A stretch of DNA of 45,972 nucleotides from Gammaproteobacteria bacterium. GTDB taxonomy: Bacteria; Pseudomonadota; Gammaproteobacteria; GCA-001735895. Under the pieces are notes generated by a model. The model had not been told where the DNA came from and made no database searches. It saw nothing but the letters and a program-made list of their open reading frames with translations. This document shows positions 28,823 through 38,594 of this stretch, piece by piece (within the stretch, counting starts at the first letter, position 1; the number at the start of each line of letters is the position of its first letter). The position numbers and the translations under genes are program-made. The stretch spans positions 1 through 45,972 of the forward strand of contig JAIBDO010000003.1 in NCBI GenBank assembly GCA_024686195.1, given 5' to 3'.

Positions 28823-30205
28823 ATGACAACAAGCGCATTCGCATCACTACCCATCAAGACTGAACTACTCACCAGTATTGCGTCGCTGGGCTACGAGCAG
28901 ATGACGCCGATACAGGCTCAGGCTTTGCCAGTATTACTCAAACGGCAGGATTTACTGGCACAGGCGAAAACCGGCAGTGGTAAAACGGCGGCCTTCGCGA
29001 TCGGCTTGCTTGAAAAACTCGATGTGCAGTCTTATCAGACCCAGGCCCTGGTGTTGTGCCCGACACGCGAACTGGCCGATCAGGTGAGCAAGGAAATCCG
29101 GCAGCTGGCAAAAACGATTGCCAATATCAAGATACTGACACTTTGCGGTGGGCAGCCGATGAGTGGACAACTTGCGTCACTTGAGCGCCACCCGCATGTG
29201 GTTGTCGGCACCCCGGGTCGTATTCTCAAGCACGTGCAAAAGGGCAGTCTGCAATTCGGTGGGCTCGAAACCCTGGTGCTGGACGAAGCAGATCGCATGC
29301 TCGATATGGGATTTCATGAGGACATTATGCTGATCCTCGATTCGATACCTCGCAAGCGCCAAACCCTGCTGTTCTCGGCAACTTATCCCGACGAAATCAG
29401 GGCGGTCAGTGATCTGATTCAACATGAGCCGATAGAGATTCGCATCGAAGCCACGCACGACAACAAAAAGATAAAACAGGTTTTTTATCAGTTCAATAAA
29501 GGTGAGCGAAGTAAAACACTGGTCGCCCTGTTGCAACACTACCGGCCCGAATCCAGCCTGATATTTTGTAACCGTAAACAACAGTGCCAGGAATTGGCGG
29601 ACGATCTATGGCAGCAGGGATTCCACGTGCTGGCTTTGCATGGTGACCTCGAACAATTTGAACGCGATCAGGTGCTGGTGCAATTTTCCAATCAGAGCAG
29701 TTCGATTCTTGTCGCGACTGATGTGGCTGCACGCGGGCTGGATATCAAGGAACTGGCGGCGGTGATCAACTATGACCTGAGCACGGATGCCGAAGCGCAT
29801 ATACATCGGATCGGGCGCACCGGGCGCGCCGGCAACGTGGGCCTTGCACTCAGTCTTTTTCTGCAAAGCGAGCAATGGAGGGTTGATGGCATTGGCAAAT
29901 TCCAGGGCAAGGCCGTTACTATTGAATCCACAAATTCACTAAAAACCCGGGAAAATTTCAAACTGATTCCACCGATGGCAACCTTGTTCATCAACGGCGG
30001 ACGTAAGGACAAGGTGCGCGCCGGCGACATACTCGGTGCCTTGACGGCAAGCCAGAAACTGCAGGGAAAAGACATCGGCAGGATCGATATCTTTGATAAA
30101 ATTTCATACGTGGCAGTCGCGCGACCGCTGGTAAAGCAGGCGTTGAAAATTCTGACCGAAGGCAAGATCAAGGGCCGCAAATTCCGCGTGCGTAAATTGC
30201 GTTAG
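28823..30205 (+). CDS. dbpA: ATP-dependent RNA helicase DbpA
   Basis: AKTGSGKT, PTRELA, DEAD, SAT and HRIGRTGRAG motifs, plus the DbpA RNA-binding C-terminus (GGRKDKVRAGDILGALT...GKIKGRKFRVR). Confidence 0.95.
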   Translation: MTTSAFASLPIKTELLTSIASLGYEQMTPIQAQALPVLLKRQDLLAQAKTGSGKTAAFAIGLLEKLDVQSYQTQALVLCPTRELADQVSKEIRQLAKTIANIKILTLCGGQPMSGQLASLERHPHVVVGTPGRILKHVQKGSLQFGGLETLVLDEADRMLDMGFHEDIMLILDSIPRKRQTLLFSATYPDEIRAVSDLIQHEPIEIRIEATHDNKKIKQVFYQFNKGERSKTLVALLQHYRPESSLIFCNRKQQCQELADDLWQQGFHVLALHGDLEQFERDQVLVQFSNQSSSILVATDVAARGLDIKELAAVINYDLSTDAEAHIHRIGRTGRAGNVGLALSLFLQSEQWRVDGIGKFQGKAVTIESTNSLKTRENFKLIPPMATLFINGGRKDKVRAGDILGALTASQKLQGKDIGRIDIFDKISYVAVARPLVKQALKILTEGKIKGRKFRVRKLR

Positions 30206-30212
30206 GGAGCAG

Positions 30213-30335
30213 TTTCCTTCCGAGTTCATCATCGACGCGCAGATCAAGCAGCGCGAGATGCTACCTTTTGACGACGAGCCTGACTTCGAGGGAGCCGTAA
30301 AGAGCTTCATTGCCGCGCCGGATTACATATGCTGA
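30213..30335 (+). pseudogene. Probable fragment of an alkyl/aryl-sulfatase (SdsA/BDS1-like) N-terminus
   Basis: A start-less frame reads FPSEFIIDAQIKQREMLPFDDEPDFEGAVKSFIAAPDYIC*, resembling the LPFxDxxDFExAxxGFIA motif. Confidence 0.45.
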
Positions 30336-30388
30336 TGAGCTTCGATGTCGGATTTGAGTTATTACCCGGTACCGGTGCAAAAGATCTG

Positions 30389-30516
30389 ACCCGAATGGCA
30401 CTTATTTAAGGCGTAAATATCCAGTGAAACCAACAGATTCGTCATCCCGGGTCAAGCCGATACGTCGGACCGCCGGGATGACGATAGTTTCGGGCTTAAG
30501 CAGGTGCTATTCGGGT
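30389..30516. mobile_element. MITE-like element B, the best-preserved copy
   Basis: TIRs ACCCGAATGGCACTTATTTAAG and CTTAAGCAGGTGCTATTCGGGT (18/22 complementary). Internal GTCATCCCGG...CCGGGATGAC at 30441-30482. Confidence 0.7.
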
Positions 30517-30617
30517 AACGCCTCTTAGATACTCGCCCACAGAACAAAAGGGGATATAACTGTGGTCAGCGAGCGGTTTTCGCAGGCCTCGAGTAGAGAG
30601 GTGAAACGTTGTTAATT

Positions 30618-31898
30618 TCAGTAATCAGGGATCGATTCGATAAACTCGCAACGCTCTCTTACTTCTTCCTGCCCATGATCCTGACCGAATCCGGAAACCA
30701 GCATTTTCAGCACCCGACTATCGACTTCATAATCGGAATGAGCCGCCAGGGGATTGGCCACTTCGCTGGTACCCAGCAGGAAACTCCTGACCTGGGCTAC
30801 CTGAATAGTCACGTTGGAAACGGCCGGGCATAATCGAGAGTCCATATAGCGGTTAGCATAATCCGGACTAACGGCATAGCTGAAGAGATCATTTGGATCG
30901 CTAAAAGCCACGATCTGCAGCTTTTCAAAAAACCGATCATTGTATTTATCACCTTCTGCGTTACAAACAGACTTCGTCTGGCCGTGCACTTGCGGTAAGT
31001 CCTGTCCGAGCTGTAACAAGGGCAGCTGATTGGACAGCATGTAAAGATACATGGGTTTGTTTTTAAACCTTTCGATAATGTCCTCATAGCCTGGCCGCTC
31101 CGATGTTAGCCGCATCGACTCCTGCAGGGCATCCAGGCTGATACGGCTACCCAGGCTATGACTAATGATGGCGAAATTACTGTCGTCAAACTCCGACATG
31201 TAGTTTGGATTGCTTTCGCTGCACTGACTTTCCTGATTGTTCGGCAGATTTTCCCAGTTCTCACTTAAGATCCAGCAAATAGCCTGTACCACCGATACTT
31301 GAATCGGCACCCGGTACTTGGTGTTGTACATCAGCGCGTCGGGGACCGTGTTGTTGATGAAGGTTTTCAAGGTGTGGTTGAACGGGGCGCGTTTGACCGA
31401 TGCCTCGGTTGAGTAATCAAAACTCAACAACTGTTTTTCCTGCTCGACGATCGAATCCCAGGTCAGTTCATAAAACAGCATTTCGCGCGAGCTCTCAAGA
31501 TCCATGTAGCGATGAACCCTTAGTACGCCCAGGCCATCCGAGATTGACGGATGGCTCAACGCTATCGTCTTTATCGTTTCATCCATGCTTTCGAAACCAA
31601 ACTCTTCGACCAGTCCATCCTGCAGGCGGCGTGAATAACCGGGAGCATGATTGCCGATCCCGTGTACCATCAATATCTTGAGCTTGTCCGATCCATTTGT
31701 TGCTGCAGTCGGCTCATTTCCAACCTGAACCAGGCCGTCGAGTCCGTCAAACTCGCGACCGCTAATCCAGCACTGACGGGTATCTTCGGTTTCCTGTTCC
31801 AGATAGGCCTGGGTAATGCCTTTCGAGATACTGGTGCAGCCGGATAACAGCACAATGGTCAATACCAGCCAATAGGTGGTTAACTGCTTTGTGGACAT
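30618..31898 (-). CDS. Predicted lipoprotein with alpha/beta-hydrolase-like motifs
   Basis: Lipobox LLSGC and motifs MVHGIG, ISHSLGS, AFSDPND, AAHSDY. Confidence 0.7.
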   Translation of the reverse strand: MSTKQLTTYWLVLTIVLLSGCTSISKGITQAYLEQETEDTRQCWISGREFDGLDGLVQVGNEPTAATNGSDKLKILMVHGIGNHAPGYSRRLQDGLVEEFGFESMDETIKTIALSHPSISDGLGVLRVHRYMDLESSREMLFYELTWDSIVEQEKQLLSFDYSTEASVKRAPFNHTLKTFINNTVPDALMYNTKYRVPIQVSVVQAICWILSENWENLPNNQESQCSESNPNYMSEFDDSNFAIISHSLGSRISLDALQESMRLTSERPGYEDIIERFKNKPMYLYMLSNQLPLLQLGQDLPQVHGQTKSVCNAEGDKYNDRFFEKLQIVAFSDPNDLFSYAVSPDYANRYMDSRLCPAVSNVTIQVAQVRSFLLGTSEVANPLAAHSDYEVDSRVLKMLVSGFGQDHGQEEVRERCEFIESIPDY

Positions 31899-32221
31899 CT
31901 CTAAATTGCCTCCTGCGAGAATCTACCTGAACTGCTATGCCCCTTCCACCTGGCCAGCTTTTTCAGACTTAAGCGTCGGTTGTAGATTCGACCCTTTTGT
32001 AATTGATTTACCTGTAATCCGTCATCGTTATCCCGTTCCAGATCAGGGTTGTTCAGCAGTGTACCGAAATCATGGATGACGATCACTGCTAAGCATCATT
32101 CACCCCGCAGTGCAGCCTCGGGGAGGCTAAGGTCAGAGTCATTGCGCCGCCCGAGCTTCCATTAACAAGCCTTGGATTCAGGTACATCCGCGCGCATGGG
32201 TTTTGGGTGCATGGAAAGTAT

Positions 32222-33658
32222 TTAAAAATGGTACTGCAAATAAACTGAATTGTAGTTGCTGCCACCCTTGATACGTCCAAACGTTGAATTTGATTCAAAG
32301 ATAGACGATCGATGGTGTACACCGACACCAAAATACAAATTTTTCATTTCCTGATAACTGAAGGCATCCCCCAGGCTGAAATCCAGTGTGACGTCAAGAT
32401 AGTTCATCAGTTTACTCGAGCGATAGCCCTTGCGGTCCATTTCTTTCTGTTCAATATTACTGACATCTTCTATGTATGAAATACCTTCTGCAAAACCCAG
32501 GCGCCAGTGAACCGGTCGGTAGAGATTGTAATAAACCTTAATGCCAAGGACATACTCGTTGGTCGGTTGGCTGTCATAAGAGATCGTGCAGGAGGAGGTG
32601 CCATCACAGGAATTTCCTTTCAGGTCACTGTCCTTGACGGTATTAATGCCCTGTCCAACATCAAGCGTTTGGTTAGAGGATCCTGCATTCTCGTGATAGA
32701 CATAACCTACGGTCATGTAAATATCGATTTCTTCGATTCCAAACAGGCTATCGGCAACAGGATGGCCATAAAATATGGAAGTCAGCTGGTTGTTCTGGCT
32801 ATCACTCTCGGTTTTCCCCTCAAAAATCTCGCCAATGTTCGATGGTGTTGCCCAACCATGGGCAAGTCGGAAATAGGGTTTGGCATCGAGCCGAGAAGAC
32901 TTCTTTTTGGTTTTGTCATTAAAGAAGGCGACGCCCAGATAAGCTTCGCCATACGTCTGATCTTTGATGGTTGGTGAATCATGAGTATCTTCATCCAGCG
33001 CTGTGACCTGGGCGCGCCCCAGCAGGTAAAGGTTGCTGGTGACATGGTAACGAAATTCACTACCGACGGTGAAATCAAAGCCACTGCCAATTTTGTTACC
33101 AAGTTCCTGCGTTGAGTCATCAGGATCTGTGTAGCCATCCAGCCCATAGTAGCGATCGTTGAAATCTGCGCTTTTATAGCGCAAGGAGGCGTAAGGAAAG
33201 AGTTCCCATGAGCCCGATTCCCAGAGGTAACGAGCGCCGAGAGAAGAGTAGTATCGACTATCGTCGTCACTCATCATCTCAAGGCTGGTTTCAAAATTAT
33301 TTTTGAAAAAGTATCTGACTTCTCCGCCAACATCAAACTCGTTGCCCTGTACCCGATTTTGATATTCTTCTGGAATATCCAGGTAACGATAACGACCCAG
33401 GAGACTGAATTGCCAGGGACCTTCGCGATAGAGTTTTGCACCAACGGTCAGTCCGCGAACGAAAAACAAGTCACTGTCATAAAACAGCAGGGGAATGAAA
33501 TCATCGACATGTCCATCCTTTGCCGGATACGGGATATCTGCAATCCTGTAACCAATAGCAATGCCCCAGTTCCCCTCTTCCAGGCTGTCTGCCGAGGCCG
33601 TAAACGCAAGGCTTAAAAAGGCCAGAACGAGGGATAGTTTTAATGTTGGGTGGAAAAT
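32222..33658 (-). CDS. MipA/OmpV family outer-membrane protein, long form
   Basis: Beta-strand pattern, FNDRYYG, HHRSSIF and terminal YLQYHF. The frame is open upstream of TTG 33469 through a signal peptide to ATT 33658, 7 nt after AGGAG. Confidence 0.8.
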   Translation of the reverse strand: MFHPTLKLSLVLAFLSLAFTASADSLEEGNWGIAIGYRIADIPYPAKDGHVDDFIPLLFYDSDLFFVRGLTVGAKLYREGPWQFSLLGRYRYLDIPEEYQNRVQGNEFDVGGEVRYFFKNNFETSLEMMSDDDSRYYSSLGARYLWESGSWELFPYASLRYKSADFNDRYYGLDGYTDPDDSTQELGNKIGSGFDFTVGSEFRYHVTSNLYLLGRAQVTALDEDTHDSPTIKDQTYGEAYLGVAFFNDKTKKKSSRLDAKPYFRLAHGWATPSNIGEIFEGKTESDSQNNQLTSIFYGHPVADSLFGIEEIDIYMTVGYVYHENAGSSNQTLDVGQGINTVKDSDLKGNSCDGTSSCTISYDSQPTNEYVLGIKVYYNLYRPVHWRLGFAEGISYIEDVSNIEQKEMDRKGYRSSKLMNYLDVTLDFSLGDAFSYQEMKNLYFGVGVHHRSSIFESNSTFGRIKGGSNYNSVYLQYHF

Positions 33659-33722
33659 TAAATCTCTCCTGTATCAGGCGATTATGGACATCATCAGGGC
33701 CAGCACTATTTAGACTGCCAGT

Positions 33723-34036
33723 TTAACAATCGGGGCTCCAATCGCCTGTCTGCCACGCGGCCCACCTGTATGGTGCGAACTTGTCTCCCGTTTGCGCTTC
33801 AGCCAATTCGACTGCCGCTTCGACCATTTCAACACTACTCTCGGGAATGTTCATTGTCGAGGGTATATGACCGCCTGGCACTGCGACTGACATTTTTCTG
33901 AAAAGGTCAGTGCGGATAATCAGAACGCAGGCAGCGAGAATGCTGATTGGAAGAGCGCCCCCCCCCCATGATTTCACTTAATCATCATTACGGTGAACGG
34001 CCCGGCAATCGATCCCGTGGAGTAGGTTACCAGAAG
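33723..34036 (-). pseudogene. Possible frameshifted C-terminal remnant of a YcaD-like MFS transporter
   Basis: LLVTYSTGSIAGPFTVMM in one frame continues as WGGGALPISILAACVLII..FRKMSVAVP in an adjacent frame. Confidence 0.35.
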
Positions 34037-34352
34037 CGAGGTTTAGATATCAATCATCGAGCGTCCCTGTGGTGATCTCGGCATTCGAGGCCTGAACCTG
34101 AAACGACACCGCCATCAGCGGGGAAAGTTCGCCGAGGTTCTCGCGCAGGTCTTGTCATGTCGACAGTGATTGCTGATGATTGCCGGCTCTGACGAGAATG
34201 CGCTACGGGGAGACTGGGGGAGAAATTCTGCTAGCCAGACTTCGATAAAGTCGCCTGAAGCCGTCGAGTAAAGAGCCGCTGTAGTACGACTGTTGTTTCG
34301 CGGATGTGTATCTTCAGGTTGCTTTTATCGAGGTAAATTTCCGCGAATTCTC

Positions 34353-35366
34353 TCAAGCAATCAATCTAACCTGCTGCTGACGGTAGCTACTCGGCGTCAT
34401 GCCATACCAGCGTTTAAAGGCGCGGGTAAAGTTAGCCTGATTGGCAAAGCCCAGCAAGTAAGTAATTTCATTGAGCGATAGCTGGCTGTTGGCCAGGTAT
34501 TGTTCGGCCAACTGTTTTCGAATCTCCTCGAGTAGTTGCGTAAAGCTCTGTTGCTGTTTAGACAACTGGCGCTGCATGGTTCGCAAACTGACCCCTAGCG
34601 AAACGGCGATATCTTTTTCATACACCTCACCGGTGGGTAATTCCTTGTTGATCGCCTGGGTGACGCGGGTAACCATGCAGGTCCGATCCAGTTGGTGCAT
34701 TTTTTCCAATAGCAGGTCTTCATTAATTTTTTGTAGCTCGGCGTTAGCGCTAGCCAATCGTCTTTGCAGGTCCGCATTATCAAAAAGTATTTTGTTGGCG
34801 GGCATATCGTAGAGAATCGGGCAGCGCAGGTCGTGTTCAAAACGAATGGCCGTGGCAGGGCGGGCGTAGAAACAATGGATTTCCATCGGGCTATAGGATT
34901 CTCCCATTAACATTCTCAACATCGTCATTAACGCGCCTAGTGCCGCATCATGCGCTCCCTGGTGAATACTAAACTTGTGGTACTGGACATCAATAATGAG
35001 CTCGCCACTACTGCCACCTTGTTGAAACGAAATATCAACACCGCTATTTACGACGCGTGAGTAGCGCGCCATTCGCTTCAAACCATCAGCCAATGTGGTA
35101 CAGGCGAGCCAGGTATATCCCAGTGCGTGAAAAGTCGTAGGCTGCCACTGACGCCCCACCTTGTAAGCAAAATTATCATCACCACTGGTTTCAATGGCGA
35201 GTGCCCAGAGTTTTTGCATGGCAGCCACGGAATAGCGCGCATTGGCATCCCCAAGTCGATCGGGTCTGAGGCCAGCTTGCCTGAATATTGCGCGCGCATC
35301 GCAGCCACTCTGGTTGAGCTCATCCCAGACTAATAATGCCCAGGAGGTCAACACCATGGGTGGCAT
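34353..35366 (-). CDS. AraC family transcriptional regulator (OruR-like, Arabinose_bd_2 N-terminal domain)
   Basis: TFHALGY..LACTTL in the N-terminal domain and the C-terminal SLRTMQRQL...LSLNEITYLLGFANQANFTRAFKRWYGMTP. Confidence 0.95.
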   Translation of the reverse strand: MPPMVLTSWALLVWDELNQSGCDARAIFRQAGLRPDRLGDANARYSVAAMQKLWALAIETSGDDNFAYKVGRQWQPTTFHALGYTWLACTTLADGLKRMARYSRVVNSGVDISFQQGGSSGELIIDVQYHKFSIHQGAHDAALGALMTMLRMLMGESYSPMEIHCFYARPATAIRFEHDLRCPILYDMPANKILFDNADLQRRLASANAELQKINEDLLLEKMHQLDRTCMVTRVTQAINKELPTGEVYEKDIAVSLGVSLRTMQRQLSKQQQSFTQLLEEIRKQLAEQYLANSQLSLNEITYLLGFANQANFTRAFKRWYGMTPSSYRQQQVRLIA

Positions 35367-35419
35367 CTAGTTCTTACTCATAGACTGTTGCCGCATAGGA
35401 AAGCATTACAGCGGTAGCT

Positions 35420-35465
35420 AATCCCGGGACAAGACTTAGGCACCGCAGGACAAAAATACTGACAA
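35420..35465 (+). promoter_or_regulatory. Candidate AraC-type direct-repeat operator
   Basis: GGACAA at 35427 and 35448, 21 bp apart, in the divergent araC-lpxC spacer. Confidence 0.45.
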
Positions 35466-35511
35466 AAAGATCGATACCGTAGGGCTACTTTTTGGAAAAA
35501 GGAGCTGTCAA

Positions 35512-36450
35512 ATGTTAAGCAATAGCCAGTATTCAGCATCAGATTACCAGCATACATTAAAGGATTCCGTCACCATCATTGGTCGAGGTTTACATTCCGG
35601 TTTGCGGGTGATAATGACATTGATGCCCGCCGAAGCCAATAGCGGTTATGTGTTTATGCGCCGCGATGTTACCCCATTGCGCGCTGAAGTGCCGGCGCGC
35701 TGGAACACTGTGGTCGACACGCGTTTGTCCACGACAGTAGCCAACGCATTCGGTACTCGAGTGAGCACTATTGAACACCTGTTAGCGGCGCTATCGACTT
35801 GCGGTGTGCACAATGCCCGTATCGTCCTGGATGCGCCAGAAGTGCCTATTATGGATGGCAGCGCAGCACCCTTTGTCGGTTTGATTGACATGGTGGGGCG
35901 AGAAAGTCAAGCCGCACTGATACAGGCCATTATTATTGATAAACCGCTGATCGTTGTCGGCCAGGGTAAACACGCCAGCCTGTTGCCTGCCGCCGAGTTC
36001 AGCGTCGATATGTCGATCGATTTCGATGACTCTGTAATCGGTCAACAGACCATGGATATCAAGGTTGATGAGGCGATCTTTAGTGAACAATTGGCCGCGG
36101 CGCGCACCTTTGGTTTTCAGGAGCAATTAGACACTTTGCATAAACTCGATCTGGCCAAGGGAGGCGGATTGAATAACGCGGTGCTGATTAAAGATAACAA
36201 GGTGCTTAACGAAGAGGGGCTGCGTTTCAAGGATGAATTTGTGCGCCATAAAATTCTGGATGCGCTGGGTGACATCTCGCTGGTCGGTGCCAGCATCATC
36301 GGCAAATTCATCGGCAGGCGCAGCGGTCACCAACTCAATAATCAATTGATCCGCACTCTGATGAATAACGAGGAATGCTGGCACTGTGTTCCGCTGGTAG
36401 AACATCGTCGCCAAAACCAACAAATGCAATGGTTTGCGTCAGATTCTTGA
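35512..36450 (+). CDS. lpxC: UDP-3-O-acyl-N-acetylglucosamine deacetylase
   Basis: QHTLK...GRGLHSG, TIEHLLAAL, EVPIMDGSA, ARTFGF, RHKILDALGD and SGHQLN motifs. Confidence 0.95.
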   Translation: MLSNSQYSASDYQHTLKDSVTIIGRGLHSGLRVIMTLMPAEANSGYVFMRRDVTPLRAEVPARWNTVVDTRLSTTVANAFGTRVSTIEHLLAALSTCGVHNARIVLDAPEVPIMDGSAAPFVGLIDMVGRESQAALIQAIIIDKPLIVVGQGKHASLLPAAEFSVDMSIDFDDSVIGQQTMDIKVDEAIFSEQLAAARTFGFQEQLDTLHKLDLAKGGGLNNAVLIKDNKVLNEEGLRFKDEFVRHKILDALGDISLVGASIIGKFIGRRSGHQLNNQLIRTLMNNEECWHCVPLVEHRRQNQQMQWFASDS

Positions 36451-36806
36451 ACAAGCCGATGGTAACCAGCCAAGCACCGCTAGCGCTGTATTGGGAGGCC
36501 CCTGGTTTTAATGTCTCCCAGGGTGCATTCTATATTGTGAGGCCACTGGAGATTCCCAGGTTGCGCTGAATAACTTATGACGCATTTTGGGGGGCAGACC
36601 ACTATATAATTGATTGTTCCCCGCAATAAGTTTTTGTTGCTGGCAATTTACCTGTCAACATGTCCATCCGAAAGGGCAGTAGTTGCGTATTCTTGAATGT
36701 GATGGTTGGCACTCATACCCGGGGGAGTTCTTACAACCTGCACAGACTGGAGTGCAGTATCGCTTTCGTACCGGCTTCCACGACCAACCGATTTCACTGA
36801 GGACAA

Positions 36807-37592
36807 ATGAAATTCCCGATTAGCCTGGCACTGTTATTACTCGCAACTGATGCATTGGCTGTGGAGCCGTTACCAACCCTGGAACTCGGTGCCGGGATAT
36901 CCGCGTTTAGCCTGCCGGACTATCGCGGTTCGGAGAACTCGTCAACCTACGTACTGCCAGTTCCGTATATCAAATATCGCAGCGAACGCCTGCGTCTCGA
37001 TGGCGGTGTCAAGGGTATTTTTTTTGAGTCCGAAGATGTGCTGTTCACCCTGAGTGCCGATCTCACCTTGTCGTCGGACGACGATAGCGATGACCGTAAG
37101 GGCATGGATGATCTCGATACCATTCTAGAGATCGGGCCCGCACTCAACTATCGCTTTTACCCGATGCAGAACGGCGCCCTGTGGGCCGATGTGGCAGTGC
37201 GGTTCGGTCATACGCTGAATAGTGATTTTGACAATGTCGGCTATGTATTCGCCCCAAGACTTTCATGGCGCAAGCCGGTTAACCGGCCTGGTGACTCGAA
37301 AATTCGTCTCAGCATCGGACCTTTATTTGGCGATAATCGCTACCATGATTATTTTTATGGAGTTGACGATGCCGATGCGACTGTCGCGCGGCCAGCTTAC
37401 GACGCTGATAGTGGCTATAGCGGGATGCGCAGTGAATTCACCTATAGCAAGGGGATCGGTAACTATCGGTTGGGTGGATTCGTTCGCTATGACAATATGA
37501 ACGGGGCTGTCATCGATGATAGCCCGCTGGTTTCGGATGACGAAACCTGGACAGTTGGCGTTGCGCTGGCCTGGGTTTTCTATCAGAGATAG
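36807..37592 (+). CDS. MipA/OmpV family outer-membrane protein
   Basis: Signal peptide, PDYRGS, LPVPYIKY, YHDYFYGV, YDADSGYSG and SPLV motifs. Confidence 0.88.
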   Translation: MKFPISLALLLLATDALAVEPLPTLELGAGISAFSLPDYRGSENSSTYVLPVPYIKYRSERLRLDGGVKGIFFESEDVLFTLSADLTLSSDDDSDDRKGMDDLDTILEIGPALNYRFYPMQNGALWADVAVRFGHTLNSDFDNVGYVFAPRLSWRKPVNRPGDSKIRLSIGPLFGDNRYHDYFYGVDDADATVARPAYDADSGYSGMRSEFTYSKGIGNYRLGGFVRYDNMNGAVIDDSPLVSDDETWTVGVALAWVFYQR

Positions 37593-37709
37593 GGTGTCGG
37601 CATGCTCAAGCAATTCGAAGTTGAAACAATCCGCCGCGGTATCGAAGTTCATGTTTGCGGAGCTACGTGTGTCCCGCTGGTTTCCGGCTGGTTTTGGACC
37701 TCGACTCAG

Positions 37710-38309
37710 TTACTGCTGCGCCACGCCCGACATCGGTGCTGACCCGGCACGACCGCAAAAGTATAGCCAGAGTGATGCACCGACAAATTTGCATCCCTCT
37801 TCGAGCAGTTGAACATGCGCGTAATCGAAGGGAATATGACGCTGCTCCATGTCGATGATGATCGACGACGCGAGTAACATGCCGGCTAGCCCGAAGCTGA
37901 AGCCGTCGATTTCAATAATGCGCCGAAAATGGCGCGCTAGTAGCGTGAGCGCACACAGTGCATAAAACAGGAAAATGCCTTTCTGATAGACATAGCGCTC
38001 ATGCAGCAGAAAGAAATCATCGACCGCCAACAGTAGCGACAGCAGCGCCAGCAAAACTATTAACTCCGCACGGCCGCGGGTCATGTCCGTGGGCCGGGTG
38101 ATCAGGCTGTAGCAGCAAATGGCAAACGACGACACCCACAGCCATACGCCGATGTTGGAGACGAAACCAAGAAAGCTCGATGCACCGCTTTGCTGTGCAG
38201 GATCACGCAGAATTTCCATCAGCGAAAACCCCGAATTCTGCAGCACCAGCACCGCAGCGCCATAGAACACCAGCGCCGGCAGCGCCACCGCTGACACGCT
38301 GATCAACAT
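37710..38309 (-). CDS. Hypothetical integral membrane protein
   Basis: About 6 TM segments with conserved-looking LRDP, SNIG, DDFFLLHE and EEGCKF. Start uncertain (38309-38402). Confidence 0.65.
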   Translation of the reverse strand: MLISVSAVALPALVFYGAAVLVLQNSGFSLMEILRDPAQQSGASSFLGFVSNIGVWLWVSSFAICCYSLITRPTDMTRGRAELIVLLALLSLLLAVDDFFLLHERYVYQKGIFLFYALCALTLLARHFRRIIEIDGFSFGLAGMLLASSIIIDMEQRHIPFDYAHVQLLEEGCKFVGASLWLYFCGRAGSAPMSGVAQQ

Positions 38310-38594
38310 CCTTCGTCCATTGAGTATCTGTTTTAACACGACTGCAGGCCCTGACCGGTTGTAATACACGGATGATAAATCCTTGGCGTCTAAATGTCGC
38401 ACAATTCCGTACGATCTGAAGCGCTTTCAATTAACGTGTAGCGCCCTGGACTGGTCATCGCTATGCGCTCAGGTTGTATCCATGGTCGATGCGATGAATG
38501 GTTTGTCTTTGACTGATGACAGTCAGTTATTCAGAGCAATCTGCCTGACCCTGCGTGACAAAATAATGAATGATGGGAATGGAATGGGAATGAT

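Noticed and set aside
31901-32220. Small ORFs between the lipoprotein and MipA genes
   Set aside because: Short, with no motif or RBS support.
33958-33967. C10 tract as a phase-variation switch
   Set aside because: It lies in an apparent gene remnant, and no tract length restores a full-length gene.
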